From a phage, in the sequence record PQ478073.1: DNA of 64,000 nt, one strand, 5' to 3'. The translations under genes were made by a program, and so were the position numbers. The notes under the pieces were generated by a model, which was not told where the DNA came from, made no database searches, and saw only the letters and a list, made by a program, of their open reading frames with translations. This document shows positions 43,342 to 53,269 of the stretch, piece by piece. Positions within the stretch are counted from its first letter, which is position 1. The number at the start of each line of letters is the position of its first letter.

Positions 43342-44460
43342 ATGAAAATGACAAGTGGTTTTGCGAACATTCTTAAAAACAGTACTGGTAGTGTTAAAAA
43401 GAATACTGGTGTTAGTGTTGGTTTTCATGATCCAGATACATGGGTTAGTACTGGTAACTATGCACTAAATTATCGCATCAGTGGCTATTTTGACCGTGGT
43501 ATCCCACTAGGCAAAGTAACGATGTTTGCTGGTGAATCAGGTAGTGGTAAATCTTTTATCGTATCTGGTAATATTGCACGTGAAGCTCAAAAACAAGGCA
43601 TCTTTGTTGTTATGATTGACTCAGAGAACGCATTGGATTCAGATTGGCTTCAAGCACTTGGTGTTGACACTTCTGAAGAAAAACTTTTGAAAGTCAATAT
43701 GGGTATGATTGGTGACGTTGCAAAATTCACCTATGAGTTCATTGAAGGATATCGTAAAGAATACGAAAATACACCTAAAGATGAACGTCAAAAAGTATTG
43801 TTTATTATTGATTCAATTGGTATGCTAAACACTGAAGTAGCCAATGATCAAATGAAAGCGGGTAACCTTAAAGGTGACATGGGTCATAAACCCAAACAGC
43901 TTAAAGCATATATCACAAACTGTGTAAACTCTATTGGTTCATTGAACATTGGTATGGTTTGCGTTAACCACAGTTATGAATCTCAGGACATGTTTAACCC
44001 AGATCCTAAAGTTTCAGGTGGTAGTGGCTTGATTTATGCTTCATCTATGGTTATCGCAATGGGTAAATTAAAACTTAAAGAAGATGAAGACGGAAATAAA
44101 ACTTCCGAAGTAAATGGTATTCGTGCTAAATGTAAAGTCATGAAGACTCGTTACAACAAGCCGTTCGAAGATGTAGAAATTAAAATTCCTTGGGATAAAG
44201 GTATGGACCCACGTAGTGGTCTACTAGATATGTTTGAAAAATACGGTCTAATCACTAAATCAGGTAACCGTCTATTGTATGTTGATATTGTAACTGGCGA
44301 ACAGATTCTAAAATATCGCAAAGAGTGGATGCGTAATGAAGATTCATGTCTTGATTTGGTAATGCATCAATTTAAAAATCATCCTTTGATTGAAGAAGTT
44401 AAAGAAGAAGAAAAAGGTGATGAAACTTTTGGTACTGATGTGGATATTAGTGAGGAATAA
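43342..44460 (+). CDS. uvsX: RecA-like recombinase UvsX
   Basis: Walker A GESGSGKS, Walker B VVMIDS. Confidence 0.85.
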   Translation: MKMTSGFANILKNSTGSVKKNTGVSVGFHDPDTWVSTGNYALNYRISGYFDRGIPLGKVTMFAGESGSGKSFIVSGNIAREAQKQGIFVVMIDSENALDSDWLQALGVDTSEEKLLKVNMGMIGDVAKFTYEFIEGYRKEYENTPKDERQKVLFIIDSIGMLNTEVANDQMKAGNLKGDMGHKPKQLKAYITNCVNSIGSLNIGMVCVNHSYESQDMFNPDPKVSGGSGLIYASSMVIAMGKLKLKEDEDGNKTSEVNGIRAKCKVMKTRYNKPFEDVEIKIPWDKGMDPRSGLLDMFEKYGLITKSGNRLLYVDIVTGEQILKYRKEWMRNEDSCLDLVMHQFKNHPLIEEVKEEEKGDETFGTDVDISEE

Positions 44461-44921
44461 TGAAACCTTGGCATTGGATTATCAAAGATGATAAATCTAA
44501 AATTATTGAAATGATTGAGTTCTTTAACAAAGAAGTTGAAGAAGCTCGTCGTGAAGTAAAGAAGATTGGCATCATTGAAAAAATTGCTCAAGAGATTCCT
44601 GGCTGGCATGAGATGCGTCTAAGCCAGCTTCAAGAACTTGAAGCAGTATTGGAAATGTTAGAAATTGAAATGCGTCAGGTACAAGCCGAGAAGTTCAAAT
44701 ACTTTCTCGAAGGATACCGCCGTGCACTATCTTCATCTGACTGTAAAAAGTATGTTGAAGGTGATAAAGATGTTTGTGAGTTAGCAGAACTTATAAACGA
44801 GGTATCTTATATAAGAAATACATATTCAAGTATTGTTAAATCCTTAGAGATGAAAGCTTTTCAGTTAAACAATATTGTGAGACTACGTGCCGCTGGTATT
44901 GAGGATGCACGTTTAGAATAA
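44460..44921 (+). CDS. hypothetical protein, possibly UvsY-like recombination mediator
   Basis: C-terminal GDKDV...RLRAAG resembles recalled UvsY SADKDV...RAFEAG; adjacent to uvsX. Confidence 0.3.
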   Translation: MKPWHWIIKDDKSKIIEMIEFFNKEVEEARREVKKIGIIEKIAQEIPGWHEMRLSQLQELEAVLEMLEIEMRQVQAEKFKYFLEGYRRALSSSDCKKYVEGDKDVCELAELINEVSYIRNTYSSIVKSLEMKAFQLNNIVRLRAAGIEDARLE

Positions 44922-44930
44922 TTATCATTA

Positions 44931-44955
44931 AGGACGCATATCGCGTCCTTTTTCT
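44931..44955 (+). terminator. intrinsic terminator
   Basis: AGGACGC-atat-GCGTCCT then TTTTTC. Confidence 0.55.
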
Positions 44956-44968
44956 ATGCGAGAATAAA

Positions 44969-45787
44969 ATGACAAAATTAAATGAGTTTTTATCAAATGT
45001 AGCAGTTCTAGATACTGAAACTACTGGGGTTGAGAGTGAAGATGATATTATTGAATTTAGTATCTCGTATCCACATACTTCACATGAAAACATTGATACT
45101 ATTGATAACTATACATTGAGATACAAACCCTTGAAAGATATTCCACCAGAGGCATCTGCTGTGCACTTTATCAGTACTGAGGATGTAGCTAATTGTGTTG
45201 GGTATAAAGATGATTTAGATAACATTGATGCACTTATGGGATGCCGTAAGTATTTTGTTGGTCATAATGTACAATTTGACCGTAGAATGATGGTAGATAA
45301 CGAATATAAATATCGTAACTCAATTTCACAGTACTTACTTGATGAAAATAAATGGATTTGTACCCTTCGTCTTGCTAAGAAAATGTTCGCAGAAGATATT
45401 GAATTTAAAAACTTAACTCTAAGTTATTTGTGGTATAAGTTTGGATGTTATCGTGATGTTCATCGACCTGTTAATGCACACGCAGCAAAAGACGATGTGT
45501 TTATGTGTTATCAGGTTCTAATCAAATTAGTTGAAATTGCAATCGAACGTGGACATATCGAACCTAATGGTGATATTGGTGAGCAAATTGTAACTTTCTG
45601 CAACACACCAATGCGTTATCAATTCATGCCATTTGGTAAACACAAAGGTGTGCCAATGAGTACAGTTCCATTGAATTACATTGAATGGATGATTACTAAT
45701 AGTGACATTTTAGATGCAAGTAACCCTAACTGTGATAAAGATTTAGTATATACATTTGAGTACGAATATAATACTCGAACTAATTAA
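44969..45787 (+). CDS. DnaQ-like DEDDh 3'-5' exonuclease
   Basis: Exo I VLDTETTG, Exo II GHNVQFD, Exo III HAAKDD; C-terminal FGKHKG motif. Confidence 0.75.
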   Translation: MTKLNEFLSNVAVLDTETTGVESEDDIIEFSISYPHTSHENIDTIDNYTLRYKPLKDIPPEASAVHFISTEDVANCVGYKDDLDNIDALMGCRKYFVGHNVQFDRRMMVDNEYKYRNSISQYLLDENKWICTLRLAKKMFAEDIEFKNLTLSYLWYKFGCYRDVHRPVNAHAAKDDVFMCYQVLIKLVEIAIERGHIEPNGDIGEQIVTFCNTPMRYQFMPFGKHKGVPMSTVPLNYIEWMITNSDILDASNPNCDKDLVYTFEYEYNTRTN

Positions 45788-45802
45788 TAAAGGTAATCAT
45801 GG

Positions 45803-47287
45803 ATGAAAACTTGTAAGTTAACCTTATTGGATGAGGTGAATTGTAAATTTGAGGGACTTGATCCCTCAATTAGACAAAAGATGATTCGTGCAACTGAATA
45901 TGTGTTACCATATGCAAAGTTCACACCAGCAGGACGTATTGGACGTTGGGATGGTAAAGTTCAGTTTATGAATTTAGGCGGGACAACTTATTATCATATG
46001 TTAGATAAGTTATTGCCTATTCTTGATGAAGCTAAGATTGACATTGAATTAGTAGATCATAGGGTAGATTATGGATTTAAATTTGACCCCATTGATGAAG
46101 ATATTTTTAGTGATGTTGTATTCGGTGCAGGACACCACATGGAAGGTAAATCCATAAAACTACGTGAACATCAAGTTAATGCGGTTAATGCATGTTTGGC
46201 TAATCCACACGGACTGCTATTGGCAGCGACTGGTGCAGGTAAAACTCTCATTACTGCTGCATTGTCAAAGAAAGTGCAAGAGTATGGACGTTCTGTTATA
46301 ATAGTACCAAGTACTGACTTAGTACAACAAACATATGATGACTACATTATGTGTGGGTTGGATACTGGCATGTTCTATGGTTCACAAAAAGATTTTGGTC
46401 ACCAACATACTATTACGACTTGGCAATCATTTAACTCTCTATGGAAGAAAACCAAGAAAGGTGAAATTGAATTAACTGAACAAGACGTGAATGATTTTAT
46501 CGATGGAGTAGTTTGTGTTATCGTTGATGAGTGTCAAGGTGCAGGCGGTGACGCATTAGTTCAAGTACTTTCTAAAGTTATGAATAACGTACCATTACGT
46601 TGGGGTCTTACTGGAACAATTCCTAAAGATCCGGTAGTTGCCGCGAAAATCAAATGTAATGTTGGTGATGTTATATTTAAAATAACTGCAAAGGAATTAC
46701 AAGATAAACAAATACTAAGTACATGTAATGTGAATTGCATCAAACTAAAAAGTAGTATGAAGTTTGCATCATATGCTGAAGAGTTGAAATACTTAGTAAC
46801 TGACAGAGATAGGATGGCATATGTAGCGTCATTGATATCTGCGTTATCTGAATCAGGAAACACTTTAGTTTTAGTAGATAGACTTGAAGCAGGTGAGTTG
46901 CTATGTGAATTTTTAGGCATTCCCAAATCAGAATTCGTTCGTGGAGAAACTAAAAAGAAAGATCGAGAATCATCTTATGGTGAAATTCGTTGGGCTGATA
47001 ATAAAATACTTATTGCGACATACGGCGTTGCCAGTACTGGTATTAGTATTTCAAGGTTATATAATGTAGTATTGATTGAGCCAGGAAAAAGTTTTGTAAG
47101 AACTATACAGTCAATTGGACGTGGATTACGCCGAGCAGAAGATAAAGACCACGTAGAAATATATGATATTAGTGGTTCTAATAAGTATAGTGCTAAGCAT
47201 TTACGAGAACGTTTAGCTTACTATAAGGAAGCACAATATCCTCATAGTATAATAGATGTTAAAGATTGGGAAAACACAGCGGGATAA
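45803..47287 (+). CDS. uvsW: SF2 DNA helicase, UvsW-like
   Basis: Walker A ATGAGKT, motif II VDECQ, GLTGT. Confidence 0.7.
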   Translation: MKTCKLTLLDEVNCKFEGLDPSIRQKMIRATEYVLPYAKFTPAGRIGRWDGKVQFMNLGGTTYYHMLDKLLPILDEAKIDIELVDHRVDYGFKFDPIDEDIFSDVVFGAGHHMEGKSIKLREHQVNAVNACLANPHGLLLAATGAGKTLITAALSKKVQEYGRSVIIVPSTDLVQQTYDDYIMCGLDTGMFYGSQKDFGHQHTITTWQSFNSLWKKTKKGEIELTEQDVNDFIDGVVCVIVDECQGAGGDALVQVLSKVMNNVPLRWGLTGTIPKDPVVAAKIKCNVGDVIFKITAKELQDKQILSTCNVNCIKLKSSMKFASYAEELKYLVTDRDRMAYVASLISALSESGNTLVLVDRLEAGELLCEFLGIPKSEFVRGETKKKDRESSYGEIRWADNKILIATYGVASTGISISRLYNVVLIEPGKSFVRTIQSIGRGLRRAEDKDHVEIYDISGSNKYSAKHLRERLAYYKEAQYPHSIIDVKDWENTAG

Positions 47288-47309
47288 ACCCGCTGTTTGT
47301 GATATAATG
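47281..47309 (+). promoter_or_regulatory. promoter-like element (GGGATA-17-TATAAT)
   Basis: Weaker family member overlapping terminator hairpin after uvsW-like gene. Confidence 0.3.
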
Positions 47310-47342
47310 TGTCATATGACAACAACAAGGATGTAAAATAAA

Positions 47343-47771
47343 ATGGAATTGAGATCTAGTATTGCTTTTATTTGTGACCAAGAAACTTTAGAAGTTATGG
47401 ATGTATTGTTGAACGATGATGGTATTATGGATGACATGGTATCTTCTCTTGACTATATACCTGAGCTAGAAACGGATGATACTAACGTATGGAGATGTAA
47501 TATTGATAGTGATTCTTGGATTAATATCTATGAATTACAGACACGAATTGATTCTAAAGTAGAATCATTGAAATATGATATCATCTATGCAAGTACTGAC
47601 ACGAAAACTTTTATTGATGTAGTAAGTCTAAGTGGTAATTTTGATTCATATCTGGATACTGATGTAGATAAAATTCAAGAGATGTGTGAAACTTATGGAC
47701 TTGAATTTTATGGCGTAGAAGACCAAGATGATGAAGAATATTATGATGACGAAGAAGATTCGCAGTACTAA
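47343..47771 (+). CDS. small highly acidic hypothetical protein
   Basis: 142 aa, D/E-rich with acidic C-terminus. Confidence 0.5.
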   Translation: MELRSSIAFICDQETLEVMDVLLNDDGIMDDMVSSLDYIPELETDDTNVWRCNIDSDSWINIYELQTRIDSKVESLKYDIIYASTDTKTFIDVVSLSGNFDSYLDTDVDKIQEMCETYGLEFYGVEDQDDEEYYDDEEDSQY

Positions 47772-47780
47772 GGAGATGAC

Positions 47781-48278
47781 ATGAACGTATTAACACCTGA
47801 AAATAATTCTTTTGACATGGATTTAGTAACAGAACATATCCCTGAAGAAATGTATTGTGTTTTGGATCTAAGCCCAAATGGTGAATCTGATTTTTATTTT
47901 AGACATATTCTAAACACCGTATCATTTAATAGTATTAGTGCTGATCTTCAAATTGGTGAAAAGATTATTCAAGTGCCTCTAGGATGGCAAATTATGTTAG
48001 GTGATGAAGAAACTGGTATGGTTGAGATGTGTACAATTGAAAACATTCTTAACATGAAAGAACCAAAAGCTTTTGTTTACAATCCTATCCGTTCAATGTA
48101 TCCTAAGTTTGAACCAGTCAAAGTACTACGTGTATTTGCATTAACTACAAAGTGGCAGATACCAATGTTACCTAAAAAGAATTTACTATGCGTCCCACTA
48201 CATAGTGGTGAAAATCCACCATGTGTGTACTTTGCAGATGAAAACGAAAAAATTCAAGATTTGTATCTAGGAGTATAA
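47781..48278 (+). CDS. hypothetical protein
   Basis: 165-aa ORF. Confidence 0.5.
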   Translation: MNVLTPENNSFDMDLVTEHIPEEMYCVLDLSPNGESDFYFRHILNTVSFNSISADLQIGEKIIQVPLGWQIMLGDEETGMVEMCTIENILNMKEPKAFVYNPIRSMYPKFEPVKVLRVFALTTKWQIPMLPKKNLLCVPLHSGENPPCVYFADENEKIQDLYLGV

Positions 48279-48282
48279 AATA

Positions 48283-49128
48283 GTGTTTGATTTCAGTGAT
48301 ATTAAAAATAAGTCGGTCGATGATGATGAAAAACCAACACAGCATTCTTTTTCTATTGCTGAATTTCTAAAACACATTGACCGTGCTGATTATAAGTACT
48401 ATAATGACATGACCGAAAAAGAACGAAAAGAGTTTACTCCATATACTGTTTTGCGATGGGTAAGCTCTTTAGATGATTCGTTACAAGTAACCTACCCTAG
48501 TAGTAAAGTTGAAAGTGTATTTGGAAAATGGAAATCTGGTGGTAAAGAAGCACTGACTGAACTAGTTACTGAATTAAAGTCTTCAGGGACAAATATTTCA
48601 TCAGTAACTAAGTACTGTCATAGTGATTATGATTGGCGTATTAAATTTGCAGTCCAATCAAAAGATGACGCACAAAAATTAATATCCTCAATGGTCGAAT
48701 TTGGCGTATCAGGTTCCGAAATTGTTTCATTAGTAGATACTGAAGTTGTCAAATACCAACTTATTATGCTAAATGATATGGTTAATGATGGATTTTGGGA
48801 TATGAAAGAACATCCAGAATTAGTATATCAGCTTATGTGTTCAGTCCATGATATGATTGGTGGACAAGAAATGCCACGTAACTGGTTAAACTTTTCTAAG
48901 AATTTCAAAAAGGCAAATAACGAATTATTTGAGTTAATTAAAAGCTCACAACCTGATACTATATCTACTCAAATGAATGAAGATGAGTACAAAATTGTTC
49001 TATTGCAGTATGATAAAAAAACATTTGAGACATTTCTTGACAATAATGGTTTTCAAGATAATGAAAAGAAATCTATGATGAAATTGTTTAAAGAAGAATG
49101 TAAAAAATATGGCAAAGAAATCAAGTAA
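48283..49128 (+). CDS. hypothetical protein
   Basis: 281-aa ORF, apparent GTG start. Confidence 0.45.
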   Translation: MFDFSDIKNKSVDDDEKPTQHSFSIAEFLKHIDRADYKYYNDMTEKERKEFTPYTVLRWVSSLDDSLQVTYPSSKVESVFGKWKSGGKEALTELVTELKSSGTNISSVTKYCHSDYDWRIKFAVQSKDDAQKLISSMVEFGVSGSEIVSLVDTEVVKYQLIMLNDMVNDGFWDMKEHPELVYQLMCSVHDMIGGQEMPRNWLNFSKNFKKANNELFELIKSSQPDTISTQMNEDEYKIVLLQYDKKTFETFLDNNGFQDNEKKSMMKLFKEECKKYGKEIK

Positions 49129-49819
49129 TAAAGTATATACCTGTAGATTTTGTGATCGTGAATTTAAACGTGAAGAAACTGTAAACACACATAAATGTAT
49201 AAAACGTGACCGATACGAAGACCGCCAAAGCCGCCAGATGATGGAGGCTTTTCGTATATATATGCAATTTATGGAATTGAATAAGTTCCCATTTAAAAAA
49301 GGCGTAGAGCCTTTTATTGCTTTTATAAAGTCAAAGTACTTTAATGATTTTTATAGTTTTGCCGAATACTATTTGAATAATAGAGATATTATTAATGTGG
49401 ACGAGTTTGTAAAGTACTTGATTATCAATAACAAACCAATCACGGAATGGAGTACATATAAAGCAAAAGATGAATGGATATTAAAAACAATTCGTGCCGA
49501 GCACCCAAAAGAAGCAATTGCAAGAAGTGTTATCTCACTGGTTGAATGGGCTGAAAATTTGAATGTACAATGGAATACTTTCTTTGAAAATGTAAGTTCT
49601 GCCCGTGCAATTGCATGGATTGAGAGTGGTAAAATTTCACCTTGGATTATCTGGCTTGCTCCTAAAAAAAGTACTAATAAGTTTTTTAAAAAACTATCAA
49701 ACTCAGAAATTGAATATATACTTAAATACATCGATCCAAGTTATTTTGAAATCAAAACTATAAAATACAAAAAGGATTGTGATGAAATTAAGATTATGCT
49801 ATGTGAGGCAGGATTATGA
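49109..49819 (+). CDS. hypothetical protein with N-terminal zinc finger
   Basis: YTCRFCDREFKREETVNTHKC. Confidence 0.5.
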   Translation: MAKKSSNKVYTCRFCDREFKREETVNTHKCIKRDRYEDRQSRQMMEAFRIYMQFMELNKFPFKKGVEPFIAFIKSKYFNDFYSFAEYYLNNRDIINVDEFVKYLIINNKPITEWSTYKAKDEWILKTIRAEHPKEAIARSVISLVEWAENLNVQWNTFFENVSSARAIAWIESGKISPWIIWLAPKKSTNKFFKKLSNSEIEYILKYIDPSYFEIKTIKYKKDCDEIKIMLCEAGL

Positions 49820-50145
49820 ATGGAAAAAGTATATATAATAAAATACCAGAAGGGTATGTACCTGTACCTAAAGAACAAAAATCAAAACAAATATCTCTAC
49901 TTAGACAAGGATCTATTACTGAAATAACTTTAGATGGTAAAACATTTCAAGTTCATGATCCTGCTCGTATTGAAAAAATTATTTCTTTGGTAGAAAGACA
50001 CGAAGAACGCTTTTTCAGTTTAAGTCAAGAATTGGCAAAGACAAAACAAAATTGTAGATTATTAGAGAATCAAATATCAACTTTGACTAATACAGTTAAA
50101 CAGTTACAGGAGCAAATAAAAAATGCAGGATTCGACCGATTCTAA
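49816..50145 (+). CDS. hypothetical protein
   Basis: 109-aa ORF, start overlaps upstream stop. Confidence 0.5.
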   Translation: MNGKSIYNKIPEGYVPVPKEQKSKQISLLRQGSITEITLDGKTFQVHDPARIEKIISLVERHEERFFSLSQELAKTKQNCRLLENQISTLTNTVKQLQEQIKNAGFDRF

Positions 50146-50761
50146 ACATTATAGAAAAGCCCGAACTGATATTGACATTGACTTCAAGGATAGTAAAAGC
50201 GTAATCGCTAAACTTCCATGTGTGCGAAGTACTGAAAAAATTACGGAGGATGGTTTAATCCCCCATAATAGTGGTGTTCATTTTGATAATATACCTATTG
50301 ATCCAATCACTGGATTGGCAAGTATACAATATAAAGAAGCTGAAAGGTTAGGGTATCAAAAAGTTGATATTCTTTCACAGTCAGCTTACATGTATGTTCG
50401 TGATAGAGAGCATTTAAAAGAACTAATGAATCAGGAACCAAATTGGGATCTATTGTTAGAACCCGAAATTGTAGAACATCTATCGCAAATTAAAAAACAT
50501 GTAACTTTATTAAATGTATGGAAGCCTAAATCTATAGACGAACTAGCAATGTTTATTGCAATGATTCGCCCAGGAAAAAGGCAGTGCCAAAGTATGAACA
50601 CATGGGACGAAGTTAAAGCTACCATATGGGATTATAGTACTATAGGCACTGACCAAGCAGGAAATAAATTACGATATTTCAAAAAGCCACATGCTTACGC
50701 ATATAGCTTAATGATTGTTGTACAACTAAATGCTTTAGTTGAACATCTTACTTCTTCTTAA
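50123..50761 (+). CDS. hypothetical protein
   Basis: 212-aa ORF. Confidence 0.5.
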   Translation: MQDSTDSKHYRKARTDIDIDFKDSKSVIAKLPCVRSTEKITEDGLIPHNSGVHFDNIPIDPITGLASIQYKEAERLGYQKVDILSQSAYMYVRDREHLKELMNQEPNWDLLLEPEIVEHLSQIKKHVTLLNVWKPKSIDELAMFIAMIRPGKRQCQSMNTWDEVKATIWDYSTIGTDQAGNKLRYFKKPHAYAYSLMIVVQLNALVEHLTSS

Positions 50762-51101
50762 GAGCCACATTACGACGCTTGATGCGTTTCTGTGGCAAAT
50801 TGCTTAAAGAAACTACTGGACCACATACGAAATTCACCGACGGTGTATCGAATCTCTGTGTGTACGGTTCAAATTTCTCCATCTCTTCTTGAAAGAATAG
50901 ACAAACTGGAATGGTTCTATTACTTTGCCACCACCAATCGTGTGCTATACCTAACAATTCGTCTTGCATTGAATCATCCATATCATCGAAACAGTAAAGA
51001 GTTGTATACTGTTTGCTTTTGATTTTGATGATACCAACAAACGTTTTACCATCATACTGGATTACAGTAATGAATGGTGGAATAGTGTTATATTGATTCA
51101 T
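50748..51101 (-). CDS. hypothetical protein (lone minus-strand gene)
   Basis: 117-aa ORF diverging from 51159 gene across a palindromic TATAAATT element. Confidence 0.45.
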   Translation of the reverse strand: MNQYNTIPPFITVIQYDGKTFVGIIKIKSKQYTTLYCFDDMDDSMQDELLGIAHDWWWQSNRTIPVCLFFQEEMEKFEPYTQRFDTPSVNFVCGPVVSLSNLPQKRIKRRNVALKKK

Positions 51102-51158
51102 ATTAGTTCCATAAATATTAGTATAAATTTATACCTATTATTTATGGAAGGAAAAACT

Positions 51159-52136
51159 ATGGCTCATCACGGCGTGTTTATGTACCCTTATAATCAGGAA
51201 GTATCATTGGGCAATTTTAATATGCCATATAGCAATGAAAAACTAACTATATATAGAGGGGCAAATAATAATTTATCTTTTACTGTTCACAACGCTGATG
51301 GAAAATATACTTTATTGAAAGATAATGAATATCTTACATTTATGATTTTTGATGCAAGAAATAATACTAAACTATTTGATGTTGTATTAGAAAAACAAGA
51401 ACCCAGTTGGTTATCAGAAAGTGGACAAGCAAGACAAACATTAGGAAATAAAAAGAAAGTATATTATGGATGTATTGTTCCAGCAGGAGTTATTCAAGAT
51501 ACCAGTCCTGGTTCAAAATATAGATGGAGCATTACTAAAGTAACAATGGATGGTTCACTTATAGAACCAACACAATATCTATACACAGGGATGAACTTTG
51601 AGGCATCAGCAGAGCTAATAATTTCAGACCAAGCAGCACCTGTATTTGTCCCCAGTACTGAAATATCAGTTAATAAAAATCCAGCATGGACAACTATAAA
51701 GCGTTTATATCATGAACCAATTGGAAATGGTATGATTGGTGAATATGATATTCTCGCATCAACTCCACTACCAGCACAAATGCAGTTTGGATTAGTAGAT
51801 GGATTAAGTAGTATTGCAATCTATTTTGATAAATTTATTGGTAGAATACAGCTACAAGGGTGCTTGTGTAACAACGTACCTAATGATAATGAAAACTATA
51901 AATGGTTTATTATTAAATTAGATGGAAAGGATTATATTGAAAATGGAATTGATTCAGAAGGTTTTCCAAAAGAACTTGACGGAATACAAGCATTTAATTT
52001 TAAAGGAAATTATATGTGGTTACGTTTGGTGGTTGCTATTCATCCCAAAATTGTTCCAGTACCATATGACTATGCTGCTGTCCGAAAAGTGTATGACCCT
52101 TTCCTAACAGTACCTAAAATTTTGATACGTAGATGA
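51159..52136 (+). CDS. hypothetical late protein
   Basis: GGAAGGA RBS; TATAAATT box at 51122-51129. Confidence 0.5.
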   Translation: MAHHGVFMYPYNQEVSLGNFNMPYSNEKLTIYRGANNNLSFTVHNADGKYTLLKDNEYLTFMIFDARNNTKLFDVVLEKQEPSWLSESGQARQTLGNKKKVYYGCIVPAGVIQDTSPGSKYRWSITKVTMDGSLIEPTQYLYTGMNFEASAELIISDQAAPVFVPSTEISVNKNPAWTTIKRLYHEPIGNGMIGEYDILASTPLPAQMQFGLVDGLSSIAIYFDKFIGRIQLQGCLCNNVPNDNENYKWFIIKLDGKDYIENGIDSEGFPKELDGIQAFNFKGNYMWLRLVVAIHPKIVPVPYDYAAVRKVYDPFLTVPKILIRR

Positions 52137-52162
52137 GACAAAACTAGAAGGTGTGCTATAAT
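52134..52162 (+). promoter_or_regulatory. early/middle promoter, TGAGACA family (primase)
   Basis: TGAGAC-17-TGCTATAAT; TGA doubles as stop codon of upstream gene. Confidence 0.5.
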
Positions 52163-52191
52163 CATTTGTAAGAAAAGACAAGGATTAACTT

Positions 52192-53247
52192 ATGAACGCT
52201 GTACAAAACATAATGGCACAAATTATGAATGATCCAGTACCTGCGATTGGTACATGGTCACAACACAACTGTCCAGCTTGTGTGTTCAGAGGACATTCAA
52301 GGCCGGATACAAAGCACCGTGGTAATCATATGTTCAATGCAGATGGTTCCGTTTCATATAACTGCTTTAACTGTAGTTTAAAAACTGGTTGGCAACCAGG
52401 AAAATATATGAGCAAAGATATGGAGTCTTTGCTCATTTCTTTTGGTGCACAAGATAAAGAAATAGAATTAGTTAAGTTTTATATTAAAGAAATGGTTGAC
52501 AGCGGTGATTTTGCTGCACAAGAAACTGTTGCATCAAAATTGTATGACCGAGTAACAGTACGTGATTTGCCATCAAATGCAAAAACATTTTGGGAATGGG
52601 CTTCTTTACCTGAAGATAAAATTCCACAAGAATTTATAAGTGTTTTGCATAATGTCAATGAAAGAAACCCATATCTGTTAGACTTAGAATTATATTGGTC
52701 ACCTAATAAAGAACATAAAATGTATGACAGATTTATTATTCCATATTTCATGAATGGTAAAATTATTGGTTATACTGCACGACATAAATTAAAAGATCCT
52801 GGAAGTACATACAGGTTCATAAATCAAGTAAGTACTAATATACTATATAACTATGATTTATTAAAAGATGAACGAATAAAAACAATTTTAGTATGTGAGG
52901 GTCCGTTAGACGCAGCATTAATGGGTGGTGTATCTGCTAATAACTTTAAATTATCAAACGTACAGATTGATGTATTAAAAGATGCACAGCAAAAAGGTAA
53001 AAAAATAGTTATTGTTCCAGATAGAGATAAAGATGGATTAATAACTATAGACCAAGCACTTGAAAATGGATTCAGTGTTTCCTTCCCAGACTTTGGTGCT
53101 GTAAGAGAAGGTAGTACAATACGTCATATCAAAGACTTTGAAGAAGCTTGTGCACGATTTGGTAGGTTATTTTGTTTACAATTAATACATGATAGTATAG
53201 TAGATGAGCCATTTTATATTAAAGCTCAAACGGATAAATGGATGTAA
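52192..53247 (+). CDS. 61: DNA primase (gp61)
   Basis: N-terminal Zn-binding CPAC...CFNC; TOPRIM ILVCEGPLDA and VIVPDRDKDG. Confidence 0.8.
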   Translation: MNAVQNIMAQIMNDPVPAIGTWSQHNCPACVFRGHSRPDTKHRGNHMFNADGSVSYNCFNCSLKTGWQPGKYMSKDMESLLISFGAQDKEIELVKFYIKEMVDSGDFAAQETVASKLYDRVTVRDLPSNAKTFWEWASLPEDKIPQEFISVLHNVNERNPYLLDLELYWSPNKEHKMYDRFIIPYFMNGKIIGYTARHKLKDPGSTYRFINQVSTNILYNYDLLKDERIKTILVCEGPLDAALMGGVSANNFKLSNVQIDVLKDAQQKGKKIVIVPDRDKDGLITIDQALENGFSVSFPDFGAVREGSTIRHIKDFEEACARFGRLFCLQLIHDSIVDEPFYIKAQTDKWM

Positions 53248-53269
53248 TACATATAATGAGGGAACATAG

